Assembly: GCA_038063455.1 (NCBI GenBank)
Contig: JBBTVB010000002.1
Location: 257,296 to 321,295, forward strand
Length of the DNA: 64,000 bases
Source of the DNA: Patescibacteria group bacterium
GTDB lineage: Bacteria > Patescibacteriota > Patescibacteriia > PEXW01
Reading direction: 5' to 3'
Positions within the stretch are counted from its first letter, which is position 1. Each line of letters starts with the position of its first letter. Made by a program: the position numbers and the translations under genes. The notes under the pieces were generated by a model. It was not told the DNA's origin, did not search any database, and saw only the letters and a list, made by a program, of their open reading frames with translations. Shown here piece after piece: positions 63,431 through 64,000 of this stretch.

Positions 63431-63931
63431 CTAACGGCTAGCAGATTCGATTTGTACGCCGCCTTCGTAGCAATCAAAAAGTACTTCGCATCCAGCAACG
63501 TACTGGGTTGAGCCTCGCACTCCATCTACACCCGGCGTGCTTTGTGGCCCAAGCATTGCAAAGGTAATGTCTGCATGTGCTGGCAGAAAAATAACGATAG
63601 ACTCACTAGTGACTCCAGCGTTTGCGGCCACAAAAAATGTGTCAATTTGTGCGCCGACCTGTAACGTGTACGGTGTAGCAATATCAACGCCGGAAGTGAC
63701 TTGCCATGAAAGAATCCGGTCGCCGGCATTTTCAGGACCATGCAAAGTGAAGCTCGGCGCCGCATCACCAAGTTGAAAGTGAGGTGAAAAGAATTATTCC
63801 GGGTGGATGACCTGTATGGATTTGCTAGCCGCTGCATCGGTGTCTGCCGATATCGGACTTGGACCTCTGCTGCAACCAACAAAAAGAACTACGAGCGTAA
63901 CGAACGCTGAAATGAGGACGCGATTTTTCAA
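63431..63931 (-). pseudogene. Lipoprotein gene interrupted by a single in-frame TAA (63794-63796)
   Basis: AAGGAG SD, TTG start at 63931, signal peptide with lipobox LFVGC. 45 codons, then TAA, then the same frame stays open for 121 more codons to the stop at 63431. Terminator at about 63385-63420. Confidence 0.5.
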
Positions 63932-64000
63932 AGTCTACTCCTTTTTAAGAAACGGTTTGGTGCACACATCCCCGTGATGCGTACATTTTTATCTTTGACT

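Noticed and set aside
63526-63882. 118-aa minus-strand ORF
   Set aside because: It is in a different frame from the signal-peptide/lipoprotein frame, which has the SD, lipobox and terminator. It is a shadow frame.
1-64000. Alternative genetic code (for example UGA or UAA reassignment, as in some CPR lineages)
   Set aside because: Long conserved genes (purL, infB, pnp, hppA, tkt) are intact under the standard code. The single in-frame TAA at 63794 is an isolated case.

Overview
This 64-kb bacterial window is densely packed with mostly housekeeping genes. All product calls come from motif recognition by eye, with no database search. The gene content is pilT, rny, clpP, infB-rbfA, nusA, pnp-rpsO, tig, trxAB, gdh, class I fba, tkt, hppA, purL and six tRNAs that all encode CCA. 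It lacks large biosynthetic operons and includes a VirB2-like pilin, which suggests a reduced-genome lineage, possibly Patescibacteria/CPR-like (low-confidence inference).

The strongest candidate for an undescribed system is an AT-richer islet between tRNA-Arg (3294-3370) and tRNA-Lys (6622-6697). It holds a translationally coupled pair: a 425-aa DGQHR/ParB-Srx-fold protein (GGQHR motif) and a 168-aa minimal HEPN protein (RNSLVH motif). The pair is preceded by a small basic ORF whose SD and start codon are buried in a GC-rich structured leader, and followed by a 74-aa ORF.

Other notable signals:
- Two perfect parS palindromes (TGTTCCACGTGGAACA) sit inside a duplicated tRNA-Ala cluster.
- A hairpin family base-pairs the encoded CCA of four tRNAs and is followed by TGGCRRGCCA.
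- Three insertions are flanked by direct repeats: purL (27 nt), an orphan gene (23 nt) and a tRNA-Lys 3' end scar (21 nt).
- A DUF559 gene is flanked by imperfect inverted repeats.
- A roughly 420-nt orphan transcription unit has a consensus promoter and terminator but no ORF.
- A Cys/His-rich 75-codon ORF has a strong SD and its own terminator.
- At least eight genes share a -10 hexamer, 6 nt, ATG arrangement that implies leaderless mRNAs.
- A lipoprotein gene carries an in-frame TAA.
- Several REP-like hairpin families are present.
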